Source: Nitrosopumilales archaeon (GTDB lineage: Archaea; Thermoproteota; Nitrososphaeria; Nitrososphaerales; Nitrososphaeraceae). From it: DNA of 64,000 bases. Location of the stretch: the NCBI GenBank assembly GCA_044507735.1, contig JBIQJB010000007.1:18873-82872 (forward strand). The letters run 5' to 3'. Shown here piece by piece: positions 1 to 10,236 of the stretch (position 1 is its first letter; every line of letters begins with the position of its first letter). The position numbers and the translations under genes were made by a program. The notes under the pieces were generated by a model, which was not told the origin of the DNA, searched no databases, and was given only the letters and a program-made list of their open reading frames with translations.

Positions 1-1993
1 TGAAAAAGATGTACAGTATCGCTATTATCTCGAACCTGCCAACTATCATGTTTGCAGTCAGCATCAGCTTTGAAACTGCGTCAAGCTGCAGCGAAGTTAT
101 CCCTACGCTTGTGCCTGTCGTCGAAAGTGCCGAGACTGACTCAAACAGGCCGTCCTCAAAGCTCCTGCCGGTGTTATAGCTCAATACAGATCCGGTCAAT
201 ATGGAGATGCCGATAAAGAGCCCGGTTACGAGCAGGATCTCCCTCACCAGTTTTATGCTCAGCACCTCTTTGATCACCTGAAATAGCTCGCCCTGCTTCT
301 CCAGGATTTCCTTGATATCGCGGATGCGGTAGTAGTATCTTTCCGTCATGTCCCGCATACCGCCGTCCTCGGAGCTTCTGTGAGGGTTTGCGGTGAACGA
401 AATCGAGCTGTATGTTTCCTGACCTGGTGTGAAGGACTCGTGGTGCATCTCCTCTTCCTCGCTCCTCTTTTTTCCAATCCTCTTTGCAAACTCCTGATAC
501 AGGATGAGGAAACGGCCCACCTTGATGCCGCCTGCTGTAGAGAATGCGGTTCCGCCTACCAGCATTGTGGCTATCAAGAATCCCTTGGCGGCCGGCGGAA
601 CTGCAGACATGTCTATGTACTGGAACCCTGTGGTGGTAGACGCGCTTATTGTATGGAATGCAGCCGTTCCAATGTCAATACCCGGGATCAATAGGTAGAG
701 GATGGGGACCGAGGCAGCCATCATTATAAGATAAACTGTTACCTCCGGCCCGAGCGTCTTTTTGCTGATAAGGCCCTTCTTGCTGAAAATGTAGTAGTGG
801 AAAGCAAATGGAAGAGCTGATAGGATCATGCCCGCACTGACTATCATCAGGAAATACAGGTGGTCCGGCGAAACAAGGTTCGACGTTGGAGCAAAGCCTC
901 CACCAGTTATGCTAGAGAGGATTGCCGCAACCGAATAGAGATCCCCTATCTCCTCTGCGGACATGAGCAGGAGCACCAGTATGATCGTATACACCGAAAA
1001 TATCCCGACCAGCGTTACGATGAACTCCTTTAGGCGCATCATGCCACCGCCGATCACGCTCTTCCACGCGCTCAGCTTTTCCTCAGGGAAGAAGAGGATC
1101 ATAACCAGATACACAAAAGAAAGGCCGCCGACCCATTGCGTATATGACCGGTAAAAATTAAAGCTCTGCGGAAGGTTCTCCGGTTGCGTTATTGTTGAAA
1201 GCCCGGTGGTGGTAAATCCAGAGGCACTTTCAAACAGGCTGTTGACAAAGAGCGAGCCGGCATCCATGTCGGGAGCAAAAGGATTGAGGTAAATGTATGG
1301 AAGTGAGCCGAAAAGCGACATCACGATAAAGCTTGCCACTATGAAGATTGAGGCCTGCTTCAGGTTCATCTGACCCTTCTCGCCGTACGCCATCAGGAAA
1401 AACCCGGTAAACGAGAGACCTACAACCTCAAGATAGACGCCCGTAATGTTTCCGGCCTCGCCAAGGGCTGTACCAACCAGAGCCGGCACTACCAGCAGCA
1501 CTGCAGAGAACTGAAGAAGCACACCGAGGTTGCCCAGAACCGGCTTGTACTGTATCTTGAACGTGTTCTTGGCCCGTGCTAGTGTTCTTTCCAGCACCGA
1601 CTTGCTGATTGCGTCTGCCAGCGACCGCTGCGTAACTATTCCAATCACGCCAGTGTCGTTGGTCACGGGAACGCGCTTTATCTTGTTCACCCGCATAAGC
1701 TGCAGCGCCTGTTTGACTGTTCCTGCCGACGACATTGTCACTAGAGGTGACGACATGATCGACTTGATCGCAGTCATCTTGGAATCTTCGCCCTTGAGCA
1801 CCACCCTTTCGACGACGTCACTGTTGGTGACGATTCCAACCGGGGACCCGCCTCTTGTCACAATGATCGAGTCAAGCTTTTGCTCCTGCATCTGCTCGAC
1901 TGCCGTAGCGACAGTCGCCTCTTCTTCCAGAGTCAGGAAATGCCTCTCAATGTATGTGAGAGCTAGCCTTTCTAGAACGTCTTGATGCTGCAC
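1..1993 (-). CDS. trkH: TrkH/KtrB-family K+ uptake permease with N-terminal CBS pair; runs off the left edge
   Basis: Not in the ORF track. Hand translation from GTG at 1993 gives CBS-like DSIIVTRGGSPVGIVTNSDVVERVV, then the Trk pore motifs MLVGGTAFSTAGGIKVGRF and C-terminal MIVGRFEIIAILYIFF, all in one frame. Confidence 0.88.
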   Translation of the reverse strand, partial: MQHQDVLERLALTYIERHFLTLEEEATVATAVEQMQEQKLDSIIVTRGGSPVGIVTNSDVVERVVLKGEDSKMTAIKSIMSSPLVTMSSAGTVKQALQLMRVNKIKRVPVTNDTGVIGIVTQRSLADAISKSVLERTLARAKNTFKIQYKPVLGNLGVLLQFSAVLLVVPALVGTALGEAGNITGVYLEVVGLSFTGFFLMAYGEKGQMNLKQASIFIVASFIVMSLFGSLPYIYLNPFAPDMDAGSLFVNSLFESASGFTTTGLSTITQPENLPQSFNFYRSYTQWVGGLSFVYLVMILFFPEEKLSAWKSVIGGGMMRLKEFIVTLVGIFSVYTIILVLLLMSAEEIGDLYSVAAILSSITGGGFAPTSNLVSPDHLYFLMIVSAGMILSALPFAFHYYIFSKKGLISKKTLGPEVTVYLIMMAASVPILYLLIPGIDIGTAAFHTISASTTTGFQYIDMSAVPPAAKGFLIATMLVGGTAFSTAGGIKVGRFLILYQEFAKRIGKKRSEEEEMHHESFTPGQETYSSISFTANPHRSSEDGGMRDMTERYYYRIRDIKEILEKQGELFQVIKEVLSIKLVREILLVTGLFIGISILTGSVLSYNTGRSFEDGLFESVSALSTTGTSVGITSLQLDAVSKLMLTANMIVGRFEIIAILYIFF

Positions 1994-2495
1994 TATGCAG
2001 GCTATCAGCTATTGCCATTTCTAATATTCTTTCTGGTAGCAGGAAAGGCAGTTGCGTGGGACAATCAACCAACCGGCCAGCCAGTGCCATCTATTGACCG
2101 TGTCCTTCCCACCCTTGCTACCGCGCATGTGTTCCCGGTCTCTCTTGCAATTGCCGTATAGCTACACATGACCTATGCTAGAGGGCGCTTTCTCTTAGGC
2201 GGAAACATGTCGATGCTGCAAGAAAGAACATGTCACTGGCAGCGGCTGATCTGCACTGATGTCTGATCTGTAGACCGCGGTAATCTTGCGACATCAACAG
2301 ATCCAAAATGGGCCCAAGCGCCAACTGCATGCATCGCAGGAGGTTCTTGACGTAAACACGCATCAACAAGGTAAGAGCCAAGATCAAGACAGTCAAAGAT
2401 CACTCTGCTAGTGCCATGGGCCATTCTGTGAAAATTCTACAAACAGCCAGCGCGCTAGGTTCATATCGGTATTTCCCATGCCTGTACACACATAA

Positions 2496-3161
2496 TTGGC
2501 CATATACCGCTATACGTTCTACAAGAGCCCAAACATAGGCATCTTTGTCAAGACGAACGACACGCTGGTGCTCGTCCCACCTGGCTTTTCCGAGACAAAG
2601 TCGGAGAAGCTTGCCGACTACCTTCAGGTGAGCGAGGTACATACCTCGGTGGCCGGCACCCGATTACTTGGGCCAATGACAGTCATGAACAACAATGGCA
2701 TCCTGTTGCCCTCCATAGCTTCTGACGAGGAGGTCGAGACCATCCGGCAGGCAAGCAAGCTCAACGTGGATCGGCTAAAGAGCCGGCTCACTGCGATAGG
2801 CAACCTCATTGTGGCAAACGACAACGGTGCCATTGTCTCCCCCCTTCTCAAAGGGGAGGTCAGCCATCAGGTGCAGGATGTCCTTGGAGTGCCTGCTCAC
2901 ACCATGGCAGTGGGCGGCTTTGTGCAGGCAGGGTCTATGATAGTGGCTACAAATGTAGGCGCAGCCGTGACTCCGAGGGCAAGCGAGGGAGAAGTCAAGC
3001 TAGTTTCTGAAATACTGCAGGTGCCGGCAGAGCCGGTGACTGTGAACAACGGCATGCCTTTCTTGTCGTCCGGTATAGTCGCAAACAGCAAGACAGTGAT
3101 TGTAGGCACGCTTACAACCGGCCCCGAGCTTATTATGATGAGCAGGGTCTTTAACGCATGA
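2496..3161 (+). CDS. eif6: Translation initiation factor 6 (aIF6)
   Basis: SPNIGIF, AGTRLLG..TVMNNNGILLP, AIGNLIVANDNGAIVSP, TVNNG..SSGIVANS, TTGPEL. Confidence 0.93.
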   Translation: MAIYRYTFYKSPNIGIFVKTNDTLVLVPPGFSETKSEKLADYLQVSEVHTSVAGTRLLGPMTVMNNNGILLPSIASDEEVETIRQASKLNVDRLKSRLTAIGNLIVANDNGAIVSPLLKGEVSHQVQDVLGVPAHTMAVGGFVQAGSMIVATNVGAAVTPRASEGEVKLVSEILQVPAEPVTVNNGMPFLSSGIVANSKTVIVGTLTTGPELIMMSRVFNA

Positions 3162-3961
3162 TAGTTGAAATCCTGTGCGTCGGCAACGAGCTTCTCTCGG
3201 GCATTACACTCAACTCTAATGCTCACTGGCTCGCAGGTCAGATTGCCGCCGCGGGCGGTACGCTGAAAAGGGTGACAGTGGTGGGCGACGACCTTGTCGA
3301 AATATCGACTGCAGTCAGGGAGTCGCTTGCAAGAAAGCCTGACATCTTGGTAACCACTGGAGGACTAGGCGCAACCTATGACGATCTGACACTTGAAGGT
3401 GTGGCGCAGGCGCTTGGTGTAGGGACCGTGCTTGACGAGCGCGCCGTGGAGATGCTGAGGAAGAGCTACGCCATACGCAAGCTCAACTATGAGCTGACCA
3501 GCGAGCGGCTGAAGATGGCCAGAATACCCGAAGGCTCGACCCCAATACAGAACCTCCTTGGCAGCGCGCCAGCAGTATTCGTGCAGGCTGGTAACACCAA
3601 GATCTTCTGCTTGCAGGGGGTCCCCTCGGAAATGAAAGCGATCTTTGAAGAGAAGGTCCTCCCGCTGATAAGAGAAGGTGCAGGTTCCTTTGTGGCAAAA
3701 GAGATCAACTATAATGTGAGAGGAGTGAGCGAGTCAATGATAGCGCCTGCTCTGTTGAAAATAGTCGGGTCGCACCCCAAGGACTCGATCTACCTGAAAA
3801 CACACCCGCAAGGGTATTACCGCAAAAAGACCCCTCAGATAAGGATCCAGTTGATATCTCGCGGAAGCGACAGCAAGGAGGTAAAGAAAAGGCTGGATGC
3901 AATAGCAAAAGTGATTGAAAAAGAAGTGGCAGCTCTTGGCGGAAGGATACTGCGCTCATGA
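3158..3961 (+). CDS. CinA-like molybdopterin-binding-domain protein
   Basis: EILCVGNELLSG, NSNAHWLA, VGDD, TTGGLGATYDDLT, GVPSEM; ATGA overlap with eif6. Confidence 0.85.
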   Translation: MIVEILCVGNELLSGITLNSNAHWLAGQIAAAGGTLKRVTVVGDDLVEISTAVRESLARKPDILVTTGGLGATYDDLTLEGVAQALGVGTVLDERAVEMLRKSYAIRKLNYELTSERLKMARIPEGSTPIQNLLGSAPAVFVQAGNTKIFCLQGVPSEMKAIFEEKVLPLIREGAGSFVAKEINYNVRGVSESMIAPALLKIVGSHPKDSIYLKTHPQGYYRKKTPQIRIQLISRGSDSKEVKKRLDAIAKVIEKEVAALGGRILRS

Positions 3962-4245
3962 TGATGATCTATCTTGTTCTTGGAATTGCAGCCGGCGTCG
4001 CAAGCGCCCTTTATCTCTTCTACAATTATCATCCATTGCTGCCCAACGGCGCGATCCATGCCGCAATCTTTGGCTCCGGGCTAGTCGCAATGTATTTTGC
4101 GAAAAGGCTGAATGCCAGAAGTGCTGGGTGGTATCTGTCTGGCGCTCTGCCTGTGCATCTGGCCATCCATTTTTTGGTAATAGGAGATCTTGCTCAGTTG
4201 ACGGGAGTCAGCCACATCTTGCTGAACTTTTCGTCTTTGCCGTGA
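3958..4245 (+). CDS. Small membrane protein, hypothetical
   Basis: Three hydrophobic segments; ATGA coupling to the upstream gene; 3' end overlaps ilvE convergently. Confidence 0.5.
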   Translation: MMMIYLVLGIAAGVASALYLFYNYHPLLPNGAIHAAIFGSGLVAMYFAKRLNARSAGWYLSGALPVHLAIHFLVIGDLAQLTGVSHILLNFSSLP

Positions 4246-5108
4246 ACCACAGCTTCGAACAGCTCTTTCAGCTGCTTTGTCATCTTGCCCGTGCGGCCGT
4301 CGCCAATCGCCCTGTTGTCAATCTCTCCGACTGGCTTTATCTCCGCTGCCGTTCCTGTCAGGAATACTTCGTCTGCTGTGTATAGCTCATCCCGGGCAAT
4401 GTCGCGTATTTCACAGCCAATGTCGTTTTCCTTTGCTATCTTTATGACGCTATCCCTGGTGATGCCTTCAAGGGCTCCCGATGTTGCCGGCGGCGTCGCA
4501 AGCGCTCCATCCTTTACGATGAAAACGTTCTCGGCGCTTGCCTCTATCACCCTGCCGGAGGAGTTGAGCATAATGGCTTCGTCAAAGCCAGCCTTTAGCG
4601 CTTCTACCCTTGCAAGGGCCGAGTTGGCATAGTTGGCAGTTGCCTTTGCCCGCATCGGAAGTGCTCTTGCGTCAATCCTTGCCCATGACGACACCATGAG
4701 ACGCGCGCCTTTTTCTGCGCTGCCTTTCAGGTACTCGTCCCACTTCCATACAGCGATGGCAACCGAAACCTTGTTTGGCATCGGGTTGACGCCCATCTTG
4801 CCATAGCTGTAGTATGCTATTGGTCTGATGTAGCACTCTTCCATCCCGTTAGCCTTCACAGTTTCAATTACAGCTCTTTCCAGCTCTGGTTTTGAGTACC
4901 CGAGATCCATAAAGTAACACTTGCCACTATCTATCAGACGCTGTATGTGATCGCCCAGTCTGAATATTGCGCTGCCGTTGATGGTCTTGTAGCACCGGAT
5001 GCCCTCAAAGACGCCGGTCGCATAGTGCAGCGCATGCGTCAGCACGTGGATTTTTGCGTCGTCAAAATCGACTAGCGAGCCGTTAAGCCAGATCTTGCCA
5101 TCTGTCAT
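4194..5108 (-). CDS. ilvE: Branched-chain amino acid aminotransferase
   Basis: HALHYATGVFEGIRCY, AKATANY, EASAENVF, LEGITR, ADEVFLTGTAAEI. Confidence 0.94.
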   Translation of the reverse strand: MTDGKIWLNGSLVDFDDAKIHVLTHALHYATGVFEGIRCYKTINGSAIFRLGDHIQRLIDSGKCYFMDLGYSKPELERAVIETVKANGMEECYIRPIAYYSYGKMGVNPMPNKVSVAIAVWKWDEYLKGSAEKGARLMVSSWARIDARALPMRAKATANYANSALARVEALKAGFDEAIMLNSSGRVIEASAENVFIVKDGALATPPATSGALEGITRDSVIKIAKENDIGCEIRDIARDELYTADEVFLTGTAAEIKPVGEIDNRAIGDGRTGKMTKQLKELFEAVVHGKDEKFSKMWLTPVN

Positions 5109-6520
5109 GTGCGGATCTTCTTCCTTGTAGAGTGAATAGCCTTGACCGCATCAGCGACACTTGAACCCTTGTCCTCGACGACTATCAGTATCCTGGATGT
5201 CTCTTCCTGGGCGTCAAGGTTGAGGATGTTGATGTCGTGCTCGCTGACGATGCTGCTGGCAGTCGAGGCTATTTTTGGAACCTTCCACATTTCGTCCCCT
5301 ATGAGCGTGACAACTCCCCTGTCATACACGATGTCGGCCTTTGGATAATAGGCGCGGATATGCCTTTCATGACGCCGGACATAGTCAGCATCAAGGAACA
5401 GCAACCGCGTCATCTCTGTATCGTCTATTTTGTACGGCGATAGCTTTACGAAATCGTGGTACTGCCTGTCAAGCTCAAGCGACGCTACAAGGTGAGACGC
5501 TGCAGTGCTCTCCATCCTCACCATCGAGCAGTTCCTTTTGCCAGTGACTATTTTTATCGGGTTGCCGGTATCTGAAGGCGGCTTTCTCTGTATCATGGTC
5601 ACGCCGTCAGGCTTGGCCATATCTGTTATGACAATCGGAATGTCAAGGTCGTTATCATCGATCTCCTTTATCGCGATCGGGTCAAGGATTTTCATGCCAA
5701 ACATACCAGCGATCTTGGCTTCATTATAAGACAAATACTGGATGAACTCCAGGTCTTCCTTCACGATCCTCGGGTCTGCACTCAATACCACGCTGTCCTT
5801 TTCAAGATCGATCTTGACGTCATAGCTGTCATTGAGCAGTATCGCAATGTCGGCTGCGGTGCGGTCAGAGCCACCGCGTTCGTATGTAGTTTCAAGCCCA
5901 TCTACTGTCCTGCCAATAAAGCCTCCTATCGATACTACATCGTTGTGCTCCACGAGCTCGATCAGATGATCGGCATGCTGCTTTGACTCGTTTATCATAA
6001 AGTTGGCGGCTTCAAAGTTATCGTCAGTGATTATCGGCCATTTTTCTATTGGAACATGTGCTGATTTGATCCCTGCAGTCTGCATTACATAGTCCATCAG
6101 GTACGACATCGTCACTTCGCCGCTATATGCAAGCGTCCTCGACCTTATCACATCGACAAAGCGCTTGTTCTCTGCAGCTTGCTTTAACGAAATTATTACC
6201 TGCCTGTAGAACTTGTCAAGAATATCAAGAAACTCTTGTCGGCGGCTTTCCTGTACATACTTGCTCGCTATTCTCTCGTACACTTCTCGCAGGATTTCTA
6301 TCTCCACAGGCATTGATGCGGCATAGCTCCTGCCAACCTGTATCGCGACATCGGTCATGGAGCTGACCTTTCCGTTGTACTCGACTAGCGGCGCGGAAAA
6401 TACTGTGACCACCTTGGACTCTTGCTGCAGCTGCTTTATCCTGTCGATAATCTTGGGGATCAAGTTCCCGTCCACCCCAAGGGCGCTGCCGCCGAACTTG
6501 GCCACCGTGATAGAAGTCAT
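5105..6520 (-). CDS. lysC: Aspartate kinase with C-terminal ACT domain
   Basis: VAKFGGS, YERGGSDRTAA, SADPRIV, LSYNEA, G.KILDP. Confidence 0.85.
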   Translation of the reverse strand: MTSITVAKFGGSALGVDGNLIPKIIDRIKQLQQESKVVTVFSAPLVEYNGKVSSMTDVAIQVGRSYAASMPVEIEILREVYERIASKYVQESRRQEFLDILDKFYRQVIISLKQAAENKRFVDVIRSRTLAYSGEVTMSYLMDYVMQTAGIKSAHVPIEKWPIITDDNFEAANFMINESKQHADHLIELVEHNDVVSIGGFIGRTVDGLETTYERGGSDRTAADIAILLNDSYDVKIDLEKDSVVLSADPRIVKEDLEFIQYLSYNEAKIAGMFGMKILDPIAIKEIDDNDLDIPIVITDMAKPDGVTMIQRKPPSDTGNPIKIVTGKRNCSMVRMESTAASHLVASLELDRQYHDFVKLSPYKIDDTEMTRLLFLDADYVRRHERHIRAYYPKADIVYDRGVVTLIGDEMWKVPKIASTASSIVSEHDINILNLDAQEETSRILIVVEDKGSSVADAVKAIHSTRKKIRT

Positions 6521-6822
6521 CGATATGTCTCTCGGGCTAGTTCGTCCAATTCCCTATATTAAAGATGGGGCACGACAGGACGCGCTCTATTATGTGTGAT
6601 TCATATACTGCTGAGAACAGATTTCGCTGTGAGATGTGAGGTAGTGGGATGGGCACAAGAGATCGTGACAGAAGACACGTCAAAAAAAGATCTCATATGC
6701 TGTGACGATTGGTGGGTGTTTGTGGGGGTGCTATTTCCGCTCTTGAGTTATTCTTGCGCTCCAACTCTCTACATACAGGCAATATGGAGTCTCTATAACT
6801 GTTCAAGGGGTACTGACTCTCG

Positions 6823-7284
6823 TTAATGCTGCAGCTGCCTATCAAAGAGCAGTTGTCCCAAATTCCAGCTCAAGGAAAGCTTTCTAGCCTGCTTGCTATC
6901 ATCGTCAGCGGTAATGATCTTGCTGCAGCCAAGCGTGGCTGCCCCATCGGGCGTCATCTCAAGTATGTATTCGGAATCACGAGTTTTGCGCGTGATAAGC
7001 AAGCGCGGCGAAAAGGACTCTTCAAATTTGCGAACTTCTTTGCTAGCGCTTGCCTTCCCTCCTCTGATGTTTCTTGGAATTCCATGCGCGGCCTCAAAGA
7101 TAATGGTTGACAGAAACGGAGCCAAATCTGCGATAAATCGTCTGAGGCTTGAGACCTCCCTTTCTGGTATTCCATATGAAGAATGGTCCCATTCCAGAAA
7201 ATAGTTCCCAACCCTGATATCCGGTTTAACATAATCTCCCGGGATTAGATATTCATCTATCACACTGGCTGGTATTTCCAACAA
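6823..7284 (-). CDS. Hypothetical protein
   Basis: 153-aa ORF filling the gap, co-oriented with neighbours; no motif recognised. Confidence 0.5.
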   Translation of the reverse strand: MLEIPASVIDEYLIPGDYVKPDIRVGNYFLEWDHSSYGIPEREVSSLRRFIADLAPFLSTIIFEAAHGIPRNIRGGKASASKEVRKFEESFSPRLLITRKTRDSEYILEMTPDGAATLGCSKIITADDDSKQARKLSLSWNLGQLLFDRQLQH

Positions 7285-7384
7285 GCCTACAACCCGTGGC
7301 GATCGACTGATAAGTATATCTACATCCGGTATATGGTGTCACAATTTTTCGCGCGTCCTTCTGATCCACCCTTCTTCGCAACTC

Positions 7385-8902
7385 TCAGGATCCAAGGTAT
7401 TTGGTCTCTATGTAGTTTGTAAAGTAATTTGGATCATATCCTTCAATGTTGAAGGCGTTTCTGAGAAGCACCTTGGGTGCATAAACAGATCCGTGTTGGT
7501 GTATCTTTGCCCTTAGCCATTCCTTGATGGGACCAAAGTCTCCCTTCCTGATGTCCTCTTCGTAAGAGCTCAGCTCTTTTCGCATCTTTGAAGCTATGAT
7601 CGCTGAAATCAAGTTGCCCAAAGTGTAAGTAGGAAAATATCCAAACAGGCCACTGCTCCAGTGGGTATCCTGAAGCACGCCTTGCGAATCCTGAGCCGGT
7701 CTTACTCCAAGCAGCTGCTCCATTCTATCGTTCCAAAATTGAGGGATCTCAGAGACGCTTAGCTCGTCTCCGAAAATCTTCTTCTCTATCTCGTACCTAA
7801 TTGCTATGTGTAGGTTGTAGGTCACTTCATCGGCATCTACTCGTATGTAATCAGGCTTGACGCTGTTGAAGTAGAGGTACAACTCCTCATCTGTTGATTG
7901 GTTTGCAAAGCTTACGTGCTTTCTAATCAAGGGCGCGATCAATTGGATAAAAGGCTGACTTCTGCCTACAATATTTTCCCAAAACCTTGATTGAGATTCA
8001 TGAAGTCCCAGGGAAGATCCGCCTTCCACAGGAGTGACCGACAATGACTGATCGCACTGCAAGTGATACAAGGCATGTCCGGCTTCATGAATTGTGCTAG
8101 ATATCGATCTCTTAAAATCAGTCCCTTCATACCGGGTTGTTATCCTGACGTCGTTGAGGCCGAGGGATTCAGTAAAAGGATGTGTGGATACATCCATTCT
8201 AAAGCGATCCATGTCGTATTGCAAAAGTTTCAAAATTTCACGGTTGAGCTCATCCACCTCTTGAACGTCATATTTTGATTTTCCAAGATGATTGTTATCG
8301 CTGCTCTCTTTGCAAAACGGGCTGTCCGAATCTACTAGCTTTTTCAATGTCTTTTGGATATGTGGAGTCAGCACTCCAAATACCTCGTCCAAATCGTCCA
8401 CCGTAAGGTCTTCTTCAAACTGATCCAAGAGCGCGTCGTACGGGTGCTTTTCGTAGCCTATTTTCTCTGCAATTTTCTTCTTTATTTCTATCATGTTTTT
8501 GAGATGGGGCTCGTACATCTTGAAATCGGACTTTTCTCTGGCCTGCCTCCAGACCATATTGCCCCTTATTCTTTCCAGAGACTCTGCTTCGGTCAGTTCC
8601 TTTGGTATCTTTAGCTGCCTGGTTATCTCCCTGTCAAGCACCCGTATGATGCCCTTCTCTACATCATTGAGGCCTTCCTTCTGTTTCTTGGCCGACTCGA
8701 CAAGATCTACAAAATTTTTGCTGAGCAAAAGTTCCTTATACAGCAGGTGAAGCTGAGAATCAGCCACCCCTCTTTCTTCCGTGCCCTTCCTAGGCATGTA
8801 AGTCTCAAAATCCCAGCCCATTAGAGAAACGGCGTGACCTAGGGACCACATGGGCTTGTAAGCATCAAGAATCTGGTTTATGACGGGTCTCTCAGATTTC
8901 AT
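7385..8902 (-). CDS. Carboxypeptidase Taq (peptidase M32)
   Basis: HPF, DVRITTRY, HEAGH, HESQSRFWEN, IRVDADEVTY, GYFPTYTLG; ATG at 8902 preferred as start. Confidence 0.94.
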   Translation of the reverse strand: MKSERPVINQILDAYKPMWSLGHAVSLMGWDFETYMPRKGTEERGVADSQLHLLYKELLLSKNFVDLVESAKKQKEGLNDVEKGIIRVLDREITRQLKIPKELTEAESLERIRGNMVWRQAREKSDFKMYEPHLKNMIEIKKKIAEKIGYEKHPYDALLDQFEEDLTVDDLDEVFGVLTPHIQKTLKKLVDSDSPFCKESSDNNHLGKSKYDVQEVDELNREILKLLQYDMDRFRMDVSTHPFTESLGLNDVRITTRYEGTDFKRSISSTIHEAGHALYHLQCDQSLSVTPVEGGSSLGLHESQSRFWENIVGRSQPFIQLIAPLIRKHVSFANQSTDEELYLYFNSVKPDYIRVDADEVTYNLHIAIRYEIEKKIFGDELSVSEIPQFWNDRMEQLLGVRPAQDSQGVLQDTHWSSGLFGYFPTYTLGNLISAIIASKMRKELSSYEEDIRKGDFGPIKEWLRAKIHQHGSVYAPKVLLRNAFNIEGYDPNYFTNYIETKYLGS

Positions 8903-9047
8903 ATTGGCTTTATCACACACACCTTTCAAAAAATGAAGCGCATCATCAGTCTATTAATCATTATCTTGCATGAGAGAAGAGGGGGGGAGAAAAATGAGGG
9001 AGAAAATGGAAGAAGGATATACACGCACACAGATACATCCATCTATC

Positions 9048-9893
9048 CTAGTCTTCGTCTTCTATTTCTCGTACCGAGAGGTTCTTGAACTCGAACACCG
9101 AGTCATCGATCCTGTAGGTGACTCTCGGCTGTGCTTCGTCAATCACGTAATCTCTTGGCCTATCACAGTCGCCCTCATTTACTTTAAGGTCGCCATCATC
9201 TGTGTACTCTGTGAGTAGTTTCCAATCGTTGGTTTCATCCCCTTCGTCCGCGTACAGCTCAAGTTTTACTTCGTCGTCGCCAGTGTTGTAGACAACGAAC
9301 TTGAGGCCCACCCATTCGTCCTCAAGGTCATCAACAGCATCCTCTACCACTGCCACCTTATCAGAGTAGCCGCCATCCTCGTGATGCAACTTCTTCTTAA
9401 AGTAAGCATTGCCGTCCATGTCAACCATCGCATAATATCCCATCGCCTCGCAGCCGCCATTGTCGTGGTAACTCCTGCCGTGCCTCGCTATCATGGTGAT
9501 CTGGTCATCTCCTTCCAGCATCTTGAAGTAACCTGTCATCTCGACATTCTTCCAATCTTCGCCATCCGGCCTGTAAACGTGCATCCTGGCCCCGTGTTCA
9601 TGAGAGCCGGTTGTTACATCCATTTTCCAGATTCCATTCTTCTTGTAGTCGAGTTCCTCTATGTTCTTGTTTGTACCAAATCGGAAGACCTGATCATCGT
9701 CGTCTCCGTCTCTTGCTTTCTCGGGATCGTCATCTTGCATCTCCCAAGTCTCATCGCCTGTTGGGTATAGCTTTTCAATGCCGAACTCATCCTCGTCCGC
9801 ATACGCCGACATTACTAGACTTGACGGCGTAAAAACAATGCAGGCCAGAATAATGAGTCCTATGGTTATTGTTCGCTGCATCGGCCAATACAT
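9048..9893 (-). CDS. Secreted acidic beta-rich protein; paralogue of the C-terminal domain of 54895..56286
   Basis: Signal peptide ending AYA; shared motifs FGI..LYPT, DWKNVEMTGY, W.G.K.V.Y, FK..S.REI. Confidence 0.8.
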   Translation of the reverse strand: MYWPMQRTITIGLIILACIVFTPSSLVMSAYADEDEFGIEKLYPTGDETWEMQDDDPEKARDGDDDDQVFRFGTNKNIEELDYKKNGIWKMDVTTGSHEHGARMHVYRPDGEDWKNVEMTGYFKMLEGDDQITMIARHGRSYHDNGGCEAMGYYAMVDMDGNAYFKKKLHHEDGGYSDKVAVVEDAVDDLEDEWVGLKFVVYNTGDDEVKLELYADEGDETNDWKLLTEYTDDGDLKVNEGDCDRPRDYVIDEAQPRVTYRIDDSVFEFKNLSVREIEDED

Positions 9894-10236
9894 CGGATGG
9901 AGGATTAATATTATTCTGGAAGGCTTTTCGGAATGCGAAATCGAAAATGTATTAATGCCTGAATTTTTCAGCAGATTTGTAGATTGATATTTTCTGCCTG
10001 ATTCTGTGCGAGAGAAATATTACGCAGCAAGCCCATGACCTGTGCCAGTACTTGCAAGGCATTATGCCGGGTTCGAATCGAGACATGCCGTCATTGCCTG
10101 ATGGAGTTGAGCCTAGGCATATTGAATATCTGCATGGCAGCACGGCAGTAAAAAATGCAATAGGGCGGATGCCTGCGGCCCGCCAGCCTCATTACCGTGT
10201 TGCAGATTATGCGAGGAGACGCTCCAAGTATTACTA

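Noticed and set aside
300-520. Suspected frameshift in trkH at the charged stretch
   Set aside because: Hand translation keeps the pore motif, the insert and the C-terminal GRFE motif in one frame
2178-2424. Short minus-strand ORFs upstream of eif6 (ribosomal protein genes might be expected)
   Set aside because: No ribosomal-protein motif; at most a decayed membrane-protein fragment
6521-6822. Lysine riboswitch upstream of aspartokinase
   Set aside because: No recognisable conserved core or long pairing
10062-10090. GGTTCGAATC T-loop-like sequence
   Set aside because: Flanks do not form a T-stem or cloverleaf
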